From Desulfobacteraceae bacterium (GTDB taxonomy: Bacteria; Desulfobacterota; DSM-4660; Desulfatiglandales; HGW-15), in NCBI GenBank assembly GCA_050124735.1, contig JASFEQ010000001.1:1-47287 (forward strand): a stretch of DNA of 47,287 bases, in the 5' to 3' direction. Below, in pieces: positions 35,182 to 44,272 of the stretch (its first letter is position 1; each line of letters starts with the position of its first letter). Both the position numbers and the translations under genes were made by a program. The notes beneath the pieces were generated by a model. That model searched no databases. It saw nothing but the letters and a program-made list of their open reading frames with translations, and was not told the origin of the DNA.

Positions 35182-35493
35182 CACCCTCTGTTCTCTCATC
35201 TTTTATCAGTCGCCCCCAAAACGGTTGCAGGATATCTCTCATCGCTCCATACACGATTAACCGTCTCGCCTTTCAGCACACGCCCTGATAAACACCCCCA
35301 CAAACCTGAAGTCGATAGATCCCATAATCTGAATGGCCTCTGACGGTCTATTTTTCTGGTCTGTTCATTATAGAGAACGATCAAGGCAAATCAAAAGCTT
35401 CTCCTGGTGGCTGATTGTTGGGACTACAAATATTAAAAAAGTATATATTTTCAATATTATAAGATATGCTACAAAAAAATGGACGGAATCTGC

Positions 35494-35521
35494 TTGACAA
35501 ACTAGTTTTGAACGCTATAAT
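35494..35521 (+). promoter_or_regulatory. strong candidate sigma70 promoter TTGACA-N16-TATAAT
   Basis: ctTTGACAaactagttttgaacgcTATAATaat has both hexamers at consensus, an A7 tract upstream, and lies about 110 nt before the ferredoxin gene. Confidence 0.55.
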
Positions 35522-35630
35522 AATATACTAATATTTGTTCTGAGTACTGAACTCAAAACAGAGGCAAGGTTGGTAAGGAAACTATCAGAAACTTACTATA
35601 TGACCCCACAACGTGAGAAAGGACTGACCC

Positions 35631-36119
35631 ATGACCTCAAAGACGCTTTCCGTGGATCCCGCCAAGTGCAATGGCTGCAAAGACTGTGAGCTCGTTTGCG
35701 CCAAGAGACATAACGGCGTTAGTAAGCCGACGCGGAGTCGCATACGCATCGTTCAAGGGGATACTCATGACGGATTCTATCTGCCCATGACGTGCCAGCA
35801 ATGCGAGAATCCTCCCTGCCTAGCAGCATGCCCAAATAATGCCATATCTCGGGACAATGCCTTGAACAGAGTGATGATCCGGGACGCACTCTGTATCGGA
35901 TGCCAGATGTGCGTTTCCGCATGTCCGTTCGGAGCCATGGCATTTGATAACGATTTGGGACTGGCCTTTAAGTGTGATCTTTGTGACGGGAATCCCGAGT
36001 GTGTCCGTGTCTGTGAACCGAAGGCCTTAGAATACGTGGAGGGGCACAAGCTTCATTATCCCCGGATCCGCGACTCGGCGGAGAGGCACTATCAGGTTAT
36101 GCGCCGCATGGTGAGTTAG
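35631..36119 (+). CDS. four-cluster [4Fe-4S] ferredoxin, paralog of 32647..33144
   Basis: CNGCKDCELVC, CQQCENPPCLAACP, CIGCQMCVSACP, CDLCDGNPECVRVC. Collinear with the AOR-linked Fe-S subunit. Confidence 0.8.
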   Translation: MTSKTLSVDPAKCNGCKDCELVCAKRHNGVSKPTRSRIRIVQGDTHDGFYLPMTCQQCENPPCLAACPNNAISRDNALNRVMIRDALCIGCQMCVSACPFGAMAFDNDLGLAFKCDLCDGNPECVRVCEPKALEYVEGHKLHYPRIRDSAERHYQVMRRMVS

Positions 36120-36198
36120 TTACAAAAACCCCTGCCCGCTCGCTCATCATCTGAGCATCGCAATGAGAAAGTGTGAGAAATATCGAGGAGACCATACC

Positions 36199-36603
36199 AT
36201 GTCCTTTTTTCGAGTAAACAACAGGTGCAACGGCTGTTTAGCCTGCGTTCAGAACTGCCCTGCGAACGCCTTGAGGGCTACGGACCAAGGAGAGGAAAGA
36301 ACGCTCCTGCATAACATGACCCTTTGCGCCCGATGCGGCAATTGTTGGAGAATATGCCCCCAGAAAGCCATAGAATTCAACCATTTATTAGATGGTGCCT
36401 GGGATGAGGTGGCCAGCATGAAGCTTGTCCGCTGTATGATTTGTGGTGAGCCCCTCTATACCTTAGATTTCAAAGAAACACTCGCCGAAAGGGTTACTCA
36501 TAACGTTGAGTCCCTGTGTCCCCATCATCGTCAGGCCCTTTCCCTCACGGCATGGAAACATCTTGCCCCCGCCTTGAGTGAAACAAAGGGAGTCCAAAAA
36601 TGA
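36199..36603 (+). CDS. 2x[4Fe-4S] ferredoxin-domain protein with C-terminal Cys/His ribbon
   Basis: CNGCLACVQNCP, CARCGNCWRICP, then CMICGEP...CPHH. The ATG at 36199 follows gaggag. The stop overlaps the next start (ATGA). Confidence 0.65.
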   Translation: MSFFRVNNRCNGCLACVQNCPANALRATDQGEERTLLHNMTLCARCGNCWRICPQKAIEFNHLLDGAWDEVASMKLVRCMICGEPLYTLDFKETLAERVTHNVESLCPHHRQALSLTAWKHLAPALSETKGVQK

Positions 36604-37274
36604 TTGTAGGGAAGCGCAAACCGATTGAGGATATTGCCAATTCCATAACGGACTTTCGGAAAGTCCTGATACTGGGCTGTGGGACCTGTGTAACCGTCTG
36701 CCTTACCGGTGGCGATAAGGAAGCTCGAGCCTTGGCCCGAGATCTTGCCAGTGGCAGATATTTCAAGGAAAATGCTCCAACTTTTCAAGTGGATACGATC
36801 GAGAGGCAGTGCGAGTGGGATCTGGTGAAAACCCATCTCCATTTACCGCCGGATACCGATGCCATATTGTCTCTGGCATGCGGAGCGGGTGTGCAGACCT
36901 TGGCCGATGTTTTCAGCCAATTGCCTGTGATACCGGCCCTAAATACAACCTTTCTTGGCGCCCTTGACGAGCCGGGCATCTGGCGTGAAAAATGCCAAGG
37001 ATGTGGGGATTGTATCGTGGCCGATACGGGCGGGATATGCCCGGTCTCACGTTGTGCCAAGCGGCTCTTAAACGGTCCTTGCGGCGGCTCAGTTCAGGGT
37101 AAGTGCGAAATAAAGGGGGACGTGGACTGCGCCTGGCATCTCATAATCAATCGTCTCAAGGCACTGGGCAGGATCGACGATTATGAAAAGATCCATCCTC
37201 CAAAGGACTGGTCTACTGAGAGGGGAGCGGGCCCCCGAAAATTGGAGAGCATTGCGCAACCAGACTTGCCCTGA
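36600..37274 (+). CDS. MetV-like protein (methylene-THF reductase C-terminal-domain family)
   Basis: LILGCGTCVTVC, CQGCGDC and the hallmark CPVSRCAKRLLNGPCGGS motif. 224 aa. No metF in the window. Confidence 0.65.
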   Translation: MIVGKRKPIEDIANSITDFRKVLILGCGTCVTVCLTGGDKEARALARDLASGRYFKENAPTFQVDTIERQCEWDLVKTHLHLPPDTDAILSLACGAGVQTLADVFSQLPVIPALNTTFLGALDEPGIWREKCQGCGDCIVADTGGICPVSRCAKRLLNGPCGGSVQGKCEIKGDVDCAWHLIINRLKALGRIDDYEKIHPPKDWSTERGAGPRKLESIAQPDLP

Positions 37275-37535
37275 ATGACCAACCAGACTTATCTTCTCCG
37301 TTCCAACCTCATTTACAAACAGCGTACAAACAAAAAGGCCTTTGCAGTGCAGAGAGGGGGCTCTTTCTCTTCATAAGGTGCCTTCTTGTCTTGTGCGTAT
37401 GGCCCACATAGCCTAAGCCCACAAACTATCTCACATGGCTAGATCCTCTGGGGAGAGAAAAGATACCATGCATCGAGTCCCATGACGCGCTATTATATAA
37501 GTTATATAAATTATAGTTAACTAATATTGAAGTTA

Positions 37536-37564
37536 TTGACAAATATATTTATATTATATAATAT
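37536..37564 (+). promoter_or_regulatory. candidate promoter TTGACA-N15-TATAAT (or N17-TAATAT) in an AT-rich tract
   Basis: attTTGACAaatatatttatattaTATAATat lies about 85 nt upstream of the PilZ gene. Confidence 0.35.
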
Positions 37565-37644
37565 TATATAGAATTTAATCTAATAGACTCCGAACTTGAG
37601 GAATTGTGGGACAACCGGTCTAGCGGGATACAGGAGGTGTAAAC

Positions 37645-38031
37645 TTGGCGATTACAATTGAAAGGCGCAAACACACCAGAGGTGACATCAGATGGCCCAT
37701 TACCGTCTTAGCCGATCACGGCAACATAAAAGGGGAAACGATAAATATATCCGTGGATGGCCTATCCATACGCTGTGATGAACCCTTGATGATTAATGAG
37801 GTTTTTCGAATCGCCATCCTGCCCCCAGACCGCCAGGCCATAGGAGTTAGTGGCAAGGTGATCTGGTCGGATCTTTATGCCATTGATCCCAATGACACGG
37901 CTGTTGGTTTGGGCCTCTGTTTTGTGAGAATTTCTGATGAGGATCGGAAAATTTTTGAAGATGCCGTCTCCGCCCTCGTCTCGAACAATGAAATGATAGA
38001 GGAAAACCGTCCAAAAGCAGTGCTTCAGTGA
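37645..38031 (+). CDS. single-domain PilZ c-di-GMP-binding protein
   Basis: RRKHTR (RxxxR) and NISVDG (D/NxSxxG). TTG start 8 nt after aggagg. Confidence 0.75.
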   Translation: MAITIERRKHTRGDIRWPITVLADHGNIKGETINISVDGLSIRCDEPLMINEVFRIAILPPDRQAIGVSGKVIWSDLYAIDPNDTAVGLGLCFVRISDEDRKIFEDAVSALVSNNEMIEENRPKAVLQ

Positions 38032-38128
38032 AAATCCCCGCAGCACGGCTTTCCCCCTCTTCATTCCTGTCTTGTACAGCGCTTCAAGACAGGACTCCCT
38101 ATCAAACCGGCCTCTAAAAGGGATTCCC

Positions 38129-38470
38129 TTATTTCTTTTCAGTATCCGATATATCTTCTGGAATGGGCGAGAGTTTTCCATCTGCCGTTCGATAAGGAAC
38201 AGCCCTTAAGAACATTCCAGCCTCGCCCGTTTCAGCAATTCGCCAAAGTCGTCCTGTAACCGTATCGAGCATGAACTGGTCTTTGGCGGAATCGGATATC
38301 TGACCAAAAACGAACCGACCACCCGCCGTGTTCAGAATTTCTTGTCTCGGTTTCTGTTGTGCCTGTGACGATCCTATGCCAAACGGTTGTGGGAACACAT
38401 TTGTGGCGCTCAGTAGCAATACTGAAATTAAGGTCAATGCCGTCACAAACTGTTTTTTGTTTCGCCCCAT
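38129..38470 (-). CDS. small exported hypothetical protein
   Basis: 113 aa with signal peptide MGRNKKQFVTALTLISVLLLSATNVFPQ. Confidence 0.5.
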   Translation of the reverse strand: MGRNKKQFVTALTLISVLLLSATNVFPQPFGIGSSQAQQKPRQEILNTAGGRFVFGQISDSAKDQFMLDTVTGRLWRIAETGEAGMFLRAVPYRTADGKLSPIPEDISDTEKK

Positions 38471-38635
38471 ATTTATCCTCCCATCTAAGATTCTTGCTTT
38501 CCTTAGGATGGCACAACGTAAAAGTGTGTCAAGGCATTTATTTGGATGATACCTGCCTGTCGTGTGTGGAGGTTTTGGGAAGATTTCACTCTCAATTAAA
38601 GCGGTTCAGTCGAGTTGCCGGGACAGGCATGTGAG

Positions 38636-38786
38636 GAGACTGCCGAAAAACCGACTTTTGGGAGGCTGATGGAAAATGTCCAGATGCAAGGCTTCCGAAA
38701 TCGCGAGGAATGAGGCGTACATAGAAGTACGCCGCAGTGACGAGGGATGAGGGTAACGCAGCAGATGGGCGTTTTCCGACAGCCTC
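38636..38786. repeat. dispersed MITE-like repeat, minimal copy C (151 bp)
   Basis: Shares both termini and the core (ggctgatggaaaatgtcca.atgcaag...gaggaatgaggcgtacata.aagtacgccgcagtgacgagggatgagggtaacgcag...cagatgggcgttttccgacagcctc) with copies B and D, but lacks their two internal modules. Confidence 0.8.
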
Positions 38787-38795
38787 AATAGCGTC

Positions 38796-39674
38796 TCAGC
38801 CCAATTCATTAAAATAGGTTGACCTCAAGTCTCTGGAAGGATCAACCCTTGGCTCAGATACACAGACGTCCTTATCAACTGGATGCTCCTCGGTCATCAC
38901 TTTGATCCCTGTAACCCCTGGGACTCTTTTCACCACCTCACCCATCCTCTTGACCAATTCCGATTCCTCGGCTAATGGGGCGTCTGTCTTCAAGGAAACA
39001 AATCCATTATTGATGCATACTTCCACGCCTGGTTTTACGTCCGCAAGAAATGTCCTGACCTGGGCAGCGAGGGCCAAATCTCCCATGGCCTTTTTTAATT
39101 CTGGCGTTGTCTTAAACTGATCCAACTCTGCAACCTGGCAAATGGTGGTCACAGCATCCTGCACCGTAAGCTTGTCGATATGCAGGACAAGATCGTAGAG
39201 ACTGGGATCTGATGGATCGTATCCATAAAGCCTCTGGCTCCATTTTCTTCGCTGTTCATCAACTTTTCTTATGAGACGCAAGGCCTCTTTTCTGGAAACT
39301 TTGTAGCGCTCCATCACATCTTCTACACGATCGGCTAATCCCAAGATAATTCGGATCTTTAGCACCTGTGGAATATCTTTCACAAAAAAATTACAAGCGA
39401 AGCCATGATAGACTATGTTGTCTCTCTTCAGATGATTTAGGAGTGCCGCTTGAATGTAGTTAATGTATTTTTCTTTTCCACGGGTAAAGCGATCCAGAAA
39501 CGAGGGGGCATCTTCAATGGCTTGAGTAAGCTTTACCTCGGGGATGTTGAAATCTTCTGAGGCCTTCAACAAGACCTCTCGAGAGATGCAATCATATCCC
39601 AATCCCTGAGCGGTCTTCTCGGCAATCTCTCTACCGCTTTTATATGAACCTCTTGAGATCGTGATAATACCCAT
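38796..39674 (-). CDS. cytidylate-kinase-like family protein with C-terminal BON-like domain
   Basis: MGIITISRGSYKSGREIAEKTAQGLGYDCISREVL; C-terminal VSLKTDAPLAEESELVKRMGEVVKRVPGVTGIKV. The ATG at 39674 follows ggaggtgg. Confidence 0.65.
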   Translation of the reverse strand: MGIITISRGSYKSGREIAEKTAQGLGYDCISREVLLKASEDFNIPEVKLTQAIEDAPSFLDRFTRGKEKYINYIQAALLNHLKRDNIVYHGFACNFFVKDIPQVLKIRIILGLADRVEDVMERYKVSRKEALRLIRKVDEQRRKWSQRLYGYDPSDPSLYDLVLHIDKLTVQDAVTTICQVAELDQFKTTPELKKAMGDLALAAQVRTFLADVKPGVEVCINNGFVSLKTDAPLAEESELVKRMGEVVKRVPGVTGIKVMTEEHPVDKDVCVSEPRVDPSRDLRSTYFNELG

Positions 39675-40078
39675 CTTCCACCTCCTTTGCATCAGCGAGT
39701 GGCTATGGAGTACCCTGTCTTGGCATTCCCGCAATACGAGATGACACGAAATATAGGTTAGCGACACGTAAGCGAAGAAGTGCTCCAGATACAGAGGGAA
39801 GGAATTTCTTGGATTCGCGGGCTACCAGTTCTACTTTTAACAATTGACTGCAGAGGGCAAAACCTTGCTGCAGGGTTAATCATGGTATTTATGAAGTGAA
39901 CGCTATTCATTTATTGTTGATTTCCAGGGAATTGTCAAGCCATATCTCATTAACATGGCATTTGACGGCATGATTAAAGACTTGATAGTGTGATCATTAC
40001 ACATTAGAAGATTCATGGGTAATATACAATTTCATCTAACTGTATGAACCCTGATACTTCTACAAAGGAGGATTTTTC

Positions 40079-40372
40079 ATGAGCGTACTTGTCGATTTAT
40101 CCATCTTTCCTTTGGACAAGGGAGACAGCTTGAGCGCCCATGTGGCAAGGGTGTTGAAAATTATTAGAGATAGTGGCTTGGCCTATAAAACTGGACCCAT
40201 GGGAACAAGCGTCGAGGGGGAATGGGACGAAGTCATGGGTCTGGTGAATAATTGCTTTCAAGAACTAAAGAAAGACTGCGACCGGGTCTACGTGGCCCTT
40301 AAAATGGATTACAGGAAAGGGCCTTCTGGCCGCATTGAGAGTAAGGTGAGGTCTGTGCAAGAAAAACTGTAA
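40079..40372 (+). CDS. MTH1187/YkoF-like (UPF0045) protein
   Basis: 97 aa; VDLSIFPLDKGDSLSAHVARVLKIIRDSGLAYKTGPMGTSVEGEWDEV. RBS aaaggagg. Confidence 0.75.
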   Translation: MSVLVDLSIFPLDKGDSLSAHVARVLKIIRDSGLAYKTGPMGTSVEGEWDEVMGLVNNCFQELKKDCDRVYVALKMDYRKGPSGRIESKVRSVQEKL

Positions 40373-40482
40373 ACGGATAGGTCCGGTTTAAAACGGGACC
40401 GTCCATGGAGGAGGACTGAACTGGGAATGTCATGCTGCACCCGAGCAGGCCTGGCTATGATTGCTGAAGGAAGGAGGTTCGC

Positions 40483-41373
40483 ATGCAAAGTAGAGACCTT
40501 AAAGGGGTTATCCCGGCTATCGTCACACCATTCGCTACAGATGGTGAACTGGACACGGATGGCCTCACACGCCTGACCAGGTTTCTATTGGACAATGGTG
40601 TTCACGGCATCATGACAACAGGAGGTAACGGTGAATTCCCTCATCTCCTGAGAGAAGAGAAAAGGATGGTCACTGATACTGTGGTTAAAGAGGTGAATGG
40701 GGTGGTACCGGTCATTGCAGGAACTGCCGCATGCAGTACCAGAGAAACGCTCTTACTTTCAAAAGATGCAAAAGAAGTTGGGGCAAATGCCGTGATTCTT
40801 ACCCCCCCATATTTTTACAAGCTTCCCGATAAATCCATCTTCAGACATTTTAAGACATTATCGAATAACCTTGAAATACCTATAATAGTCTATAACAATC
40901 CTCTTTACACGGGGAATAACATTAGCCCAGACCTGATAGATAAAATCGCTAATTTCAAAGGGGTCATCGGTCTGAAACAGAGCAACTCTGATCTGGGGCA
41001 GCTCGTTGAAACAATCAGGAGGAGTGGCGAAAAGATCTCCATCTGCACAGGGATTGACAGCCAGTTCTATCCATCCCTTTGCGCAGGAGCAGAGGGCATT
41101 TTTTCAACAGCAGCCTGTGTCATTCCTAAACAAATGGTTAAGATATACCACCATACAGAAAACGGAAAACATGACGAGGCCTTTGGCCTTCACATGAAGA
41201 TTCAAGAATTGAATCGTCTGCTTGAATATGACCCCGGGTATGTGGCGCCTTGTAAAGAAGCTTTGAGCATGTTAGGGCTTCCAGGGGGACCGGTGAGAGA
41301 GCCCTTGCCGGAACTGAGTCCCGAGGAAAAAGAGAGCTTGAAGCAAGCTTTAGCAAATCTGAATCTCTTCTAA
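40483..41373 (+). CDS. dihydrodipicolinate synthase (DapA/NAL) family lyase
   Basis: GVIPAIVTPF...GIMTTGGNGEF, YNNPLYTG, GLKQS (Schiff-base Lys). 296 aa. Confidence 0.8.
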   Translation: MQSRDLKGVIPAIVTPFATDGELDTDGLTRLTRFLLDNGVHGIMTTGGNGEFPHLLREEKRMVTDTVVKEVNGVVPVIAGTAACSTRETLLLSKDAKEVGANAVILTPPYFYKLPDKSIFRHFKTLSNNLEIPIIVYNNPLYTGNNISPDLIDKIANFKGVIGLKQSNSDLGQLVETIRRSGEKISICTGIDSQFYPSLCAGAEGIFSTAACVIPKQMVKIYHHTENGKHDEAFGLHMKIQELNRLLEYDPGYVAPCKEALSMLGLPGGPVREPLPELSPEEKESLKQALANLNLF

Positions 41374-41390
41374 CTAGGGAGAGCTTTACA

Positions 41391-42137
41391 TTGGAAAACC
41401 AATGGGACATAAGCTTGGAGTTGGGTTCTGGGCCTCCGCCTGATAGCGTTATATGCCCCTTGGATGGGGCTGAGATGGTATTGGTGCCCCAGGGTCCATT
41501 CCTAATGGGGATAACGGAAGAAGAACTTCGGCAGATTTTCGTTTTGGATCAGAGACAGAATCCCGTATTCGCCACAGAGATTCCTGCCCGAACGGTACAT
41601 GTTAAGACCTTCTACATAGACAGATATCCGGTGACCAACTTTCAGTATAGAAAATTCGTTGAAGAAACCGGGCATCGAGAGCCCGGGCTCTGGCGCCACC
41701 CTTCGTGGGGACAGCCTATGCAGCCTGTTGTCTTTGTGGGCTGGGCGGATGCAAGGGCTTATGCCAAGTGGGCGGGAAAATCCCTTCCCACAGAGGCCCA
41801 ATGGGAGAAGACTGGGCGGGGGACTGACGGTCGTCTGTGGGCGTGGGGCCACGAATTCCTCCCTGACAGGTGCAATTCTAGAGAATACGGTCTTGAGCGC
41901 ACATCTGAAATCGGCATCTTCGACAAGGGGATGAGCCCATTTGGGTGCTACGACATGTGCGGGAATGTCTGGGAGATGTGTGAAGGTAAATGGCTGGGTG
42001 AGCATCTGCCCATGCGAGGAGGATGCTTCTTAGGCTCTGCCACCTTCGTCAGGGTCACTTGTCGATGGACGCCTGAGGACCCCGACAATGGCGCCCACTG
42101 GCTTGGATTCCGCTGTGTAAAGGAGATCCCCGATTAA
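41391..42137 (+). CDS. formylglycine-generating-enzyme (SUMF1/FGE) family protein
   Basis: MVLVPQGPFLMG, YIDRYPVTNFQYRKFVEETGH, WADARAYAKWAGKSLPTEAQWEK, GNVWEM, RGGCF. Start uncertain (TTG at 41391 or an internal Met). Confidence 0.75.
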   Translation: MENQWDISLELGSGPPPDSVICPLDGAEMVLVPQGPFLMGITEEELRQIFVLDQRQNPVFATEIPARTVHVKTFYIDRYPVTNFQYRKFVEETGHREPGLWRHPSWGQPMQPVVFVGWADARAYAKWAGKSLPTEAQWEKTGRGTDGRLWAWGHEFLPDRCNSREYGLERTSEIGIFDKGMSPFGCYDMCGNVWEMCEGKWLGEHLPMRGGCFLGSATFVRVTCRWTPEDPDNGAHWLGFRCVKEIPD

Positions 42138-42205
42138 GACCACGAAATCCGGGCTCGGATAATTTCCACTCCATGTTGTTGATATCTGCTCTTTCCCTTC
42201 GCCAG

Positions 42206-42326
42206 GGAGTAAAGGAGTAATGGAGTGATGGAGTAGTGGAGTAATGTAAACCCCGCACGCTCCGGGGAACGACCGTCTCTTTGTTGGCTATTTCAATACT
42301 CCAGTACTCCAACTCTCCAATACTCC
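42206..42326. repeat. inverted pair of octamer arrays (5x GGAGTRRW, 49-bp spacer, 4x reverse units)
   Basis: ggagtaaa ggagtaat ggagtgat ggagtagt ggagtaat at 42206-42245; aatactcc agtactcc aactctcc aatactcc at 42295-42326. The spacer contains a ccccg-N7-cgggg hairpin. Confidence 0.8.
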
Positions 42327-42482
42327 GTGTCCTTGCATCTGTGTGCTGAACTTGACTTACAACCGGCTTTCCCCTATACTTTTAACCAATTACGATCTTG
42401 CCTTTGATGTCCTGATGTCATTCCATGAATAAGCCCACAATCCTAGGGGCTTGTTTTTGATAATGACTGAAGGCATATTTTT

Positions 42483-44237
42483 TTGCATGCCCGCAGGGGG
42501 ACTGCACATTTGGCTTCTGAGGAACAATCAAAAACCCAATTCTTCCAAATTTCACGCCTAGACAGCATTAAGACCAAAATAATTGTTTTCGCTCTGCTGG
42601 CCACCATCATTCCCACAGTGATTATGGGCTGGGTTTCCTATGTTCAGAACAGGAGATTCTTGAGCGATAACATTAGGCAGGAACTGAGAGTTGTCACGGC
42701 CCAAACTTCTAGAGAAGTCGCCCTGTGGCTCCATAGAAAGCTCAATGATGCACGCACATACACTGTTTCAGACACCGTTTTAAAATATCGTGAGAAGCTT
42801 TTCCGCACGGACACGCCACACATTGAAAAAGTGGATGCCCAACGTCGGATCAAAGACTACTTCCGATCTTTGTTGGGGAAATTCGAGGAGTACGAAGAAC
42901 TCATACTCCTGGATCTAAACGGAAAAACACTGGCCACGAGTGCAAAAAAGGCAACTCCCTTAAAAATGCCAGAAAAGTGGATGGAGACGGCGCGATCTGA
43001 CGAACCTATCGTCGGACAACCCTATCTTGACCAGTCCTCACAGATCCCGGTCATGGTCATCGCCACGCCCATATTAGCTGGCCGCAACCGCATACTGGGT
43101 GTCCTAGCCATTAAGCTGAACTTTAAAGCCATCGGTTTGATGCTGAAAAACTACGCTCAGGGAGAGGCGGTAGACCTGCAACTCATCACAAAGGAAGGCA
43201 TTTTGCTTGTCAGTTCTCTGCCCATCCCAATGAAGACCCTCAGAAAGATCATGGTAGACAGGACTTTGGAAAGGCTCTTTTCCGAGGAGGGAATTCCCCT
43301 GAAATACACCGGTTACCAGGGTAAGGCGGTGGTGGGGACACTCAAAAAAGTAAAGGAATTGGAATGGGGTGTTGTGGCCGAAAAAGACAGGCAGGAGGCA
43401 TATGCGGAGATTGTTCGGCTCCGAAACCTGACCCTGGGGCTGTTTGCGGGGGTGCTGCTTCTTATTGGACTTTGCGCATATCTCCTTGGTCTAAGCATCG
43501 TACGACCTCTGGCCAGGTTGACGAAGGGAGCCGATAAAGTGTCTGGGGGCGATCTGGAGGTGGATCTTCCAGTCCTCAGTCGCAGTGAGGTAGGTTACCT
43601 AACCCAGGTGTTCAACCAAATGGTGGCACGCCTCCGCAAGGGACGAGAACAACTGGCCTCAGCAAACGAGGCCTTAAAGGATAAGAACAAGGAATTAGAA
43701 ATTCTCTCGATAACTGACAGCTTGACAGGACTTTACAACCGCAAACATCTTATGGAGTCGTTGACCAAGGAGATAGGTCGCTCCAGGCGATATGAACGCC
43801 CTTTTGCACTGTTGATCATTGATATTGATCACTTCAAGAAATTCAACGACGCATATGGCCACCTGGCAGGAGACGACGTCCTCCGTAAAATGGGCAACGT
43901 ATTCCGGGAATCAATCCGTAACTGTGACTATGCAGCGCGCTATGGTGGAGAGGAATTCATAATTTTCATGCCCGAAATCGGGCAGGATGATGGCGTGAAG
44001 GCGGCAGAGCGCATCAGGGGCAGCGTGGCCAAAGAGAAAATTGATGCCAATGGACATTCAGTGACAGTCACCATAAGTGTGGGCATCGCTTCATTCCCAG
44101 AACACGGAGACGATGCTCAGGCCATAATTAGCAAGGCTGATGAGGCCCTGTATCAGGCCAAGAGGCGCGGTCGTGACCGTGTGGTTCTTGCCGGTAGCGG
44201 CCGGAAAAAGAAAAAGAAGAAGAAGGCAGCGCAATGA
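42483..44237 (+). CDS. membrane sensor diguanylate cyclase (Cache-like periplasmic domain, HAMP, GGDEF)
   Basis: Two TM segments flank a ~270-aa extracytoplasmic domain. HAMP is followed by a coiled coil. GGEEF follows an RNCD I-site five residues upstream. The tail is GRKKKKKKKAAQ. TTG start. Confidence 0.8.
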   Translation: MHARRGTAHLASEEQSKTQFFQISRLDSIKTKIIVFALLATIIPTVIMGWVSYVQNRRFLSDNIRQELRVVTAQTSREVALWLHRKLNDARTYTVSDTVLKYREKLFRTDTPHIEKVDAQRRIKDYFRSLLGKFEEYEELILLDLNGKTLATSAKKATPLKMPEKWMETARSDEPIVGQPYLDQSSQIPVMVIATPILAGRNRILGVLAIKLNFKAIGLMLKNYAQGEAVDLQLITKEGILLVSSLPIPMKTLRKIMVDRTLERLFSEEGIPLKYTGYQGKAVVGTLKKVKELEWGVVAEKDRQEAYAEIVRLRNLTLGLFAGVLLLIGLCAYLLGLSIVRPLARLTKGADKVSGGDLEVDLPVLSRSEVGYLTQVFNQMVARLRKGREQLASANEALKDKNKELEILSITDSLTGLYNRKHLMESLTKEIGRSRRYERPFALLIIDIDHFKKFNDAYGHLAGDDVLRKMGNVFRESIRNCDYAARYGGEEFIIFMPEIGQDDGVKAAERIRGSVAKEKIDANGHSVTVTISVGIASFPEHGDDAQAIISKADEALYQAKRRGRDRVVLAGSGRKKKKKKKAAQ

Positions 44238-44272
44238 CGTGAGACGGGATTGACGTGTTAAGCTTTGATCTC

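Noticed and set aside
39768-40078. Possible TPP riboswitch upstream of the YkoF/MTH1187-like gene
   Set aside because: I could not find the conserved CUGAGA and ACCUGAUCUGGAUAAUGCCAGCG-type elements. An Rfam scan would be needed to be certain.
42055-42312. 85-aa ORF (…LHYSTTPSLHYSFTP…)
   Set aside because: It is generated by the GGAGTAAT octamer arrays. It overlaps the 3' end of the FGE-family gene and has no RBS.
42206-42326. CRISPR array
   Set aside because: The units are 8 nt, directly abutting with no spacers, and occur as an inverted pair. No cas genes lie in the window.
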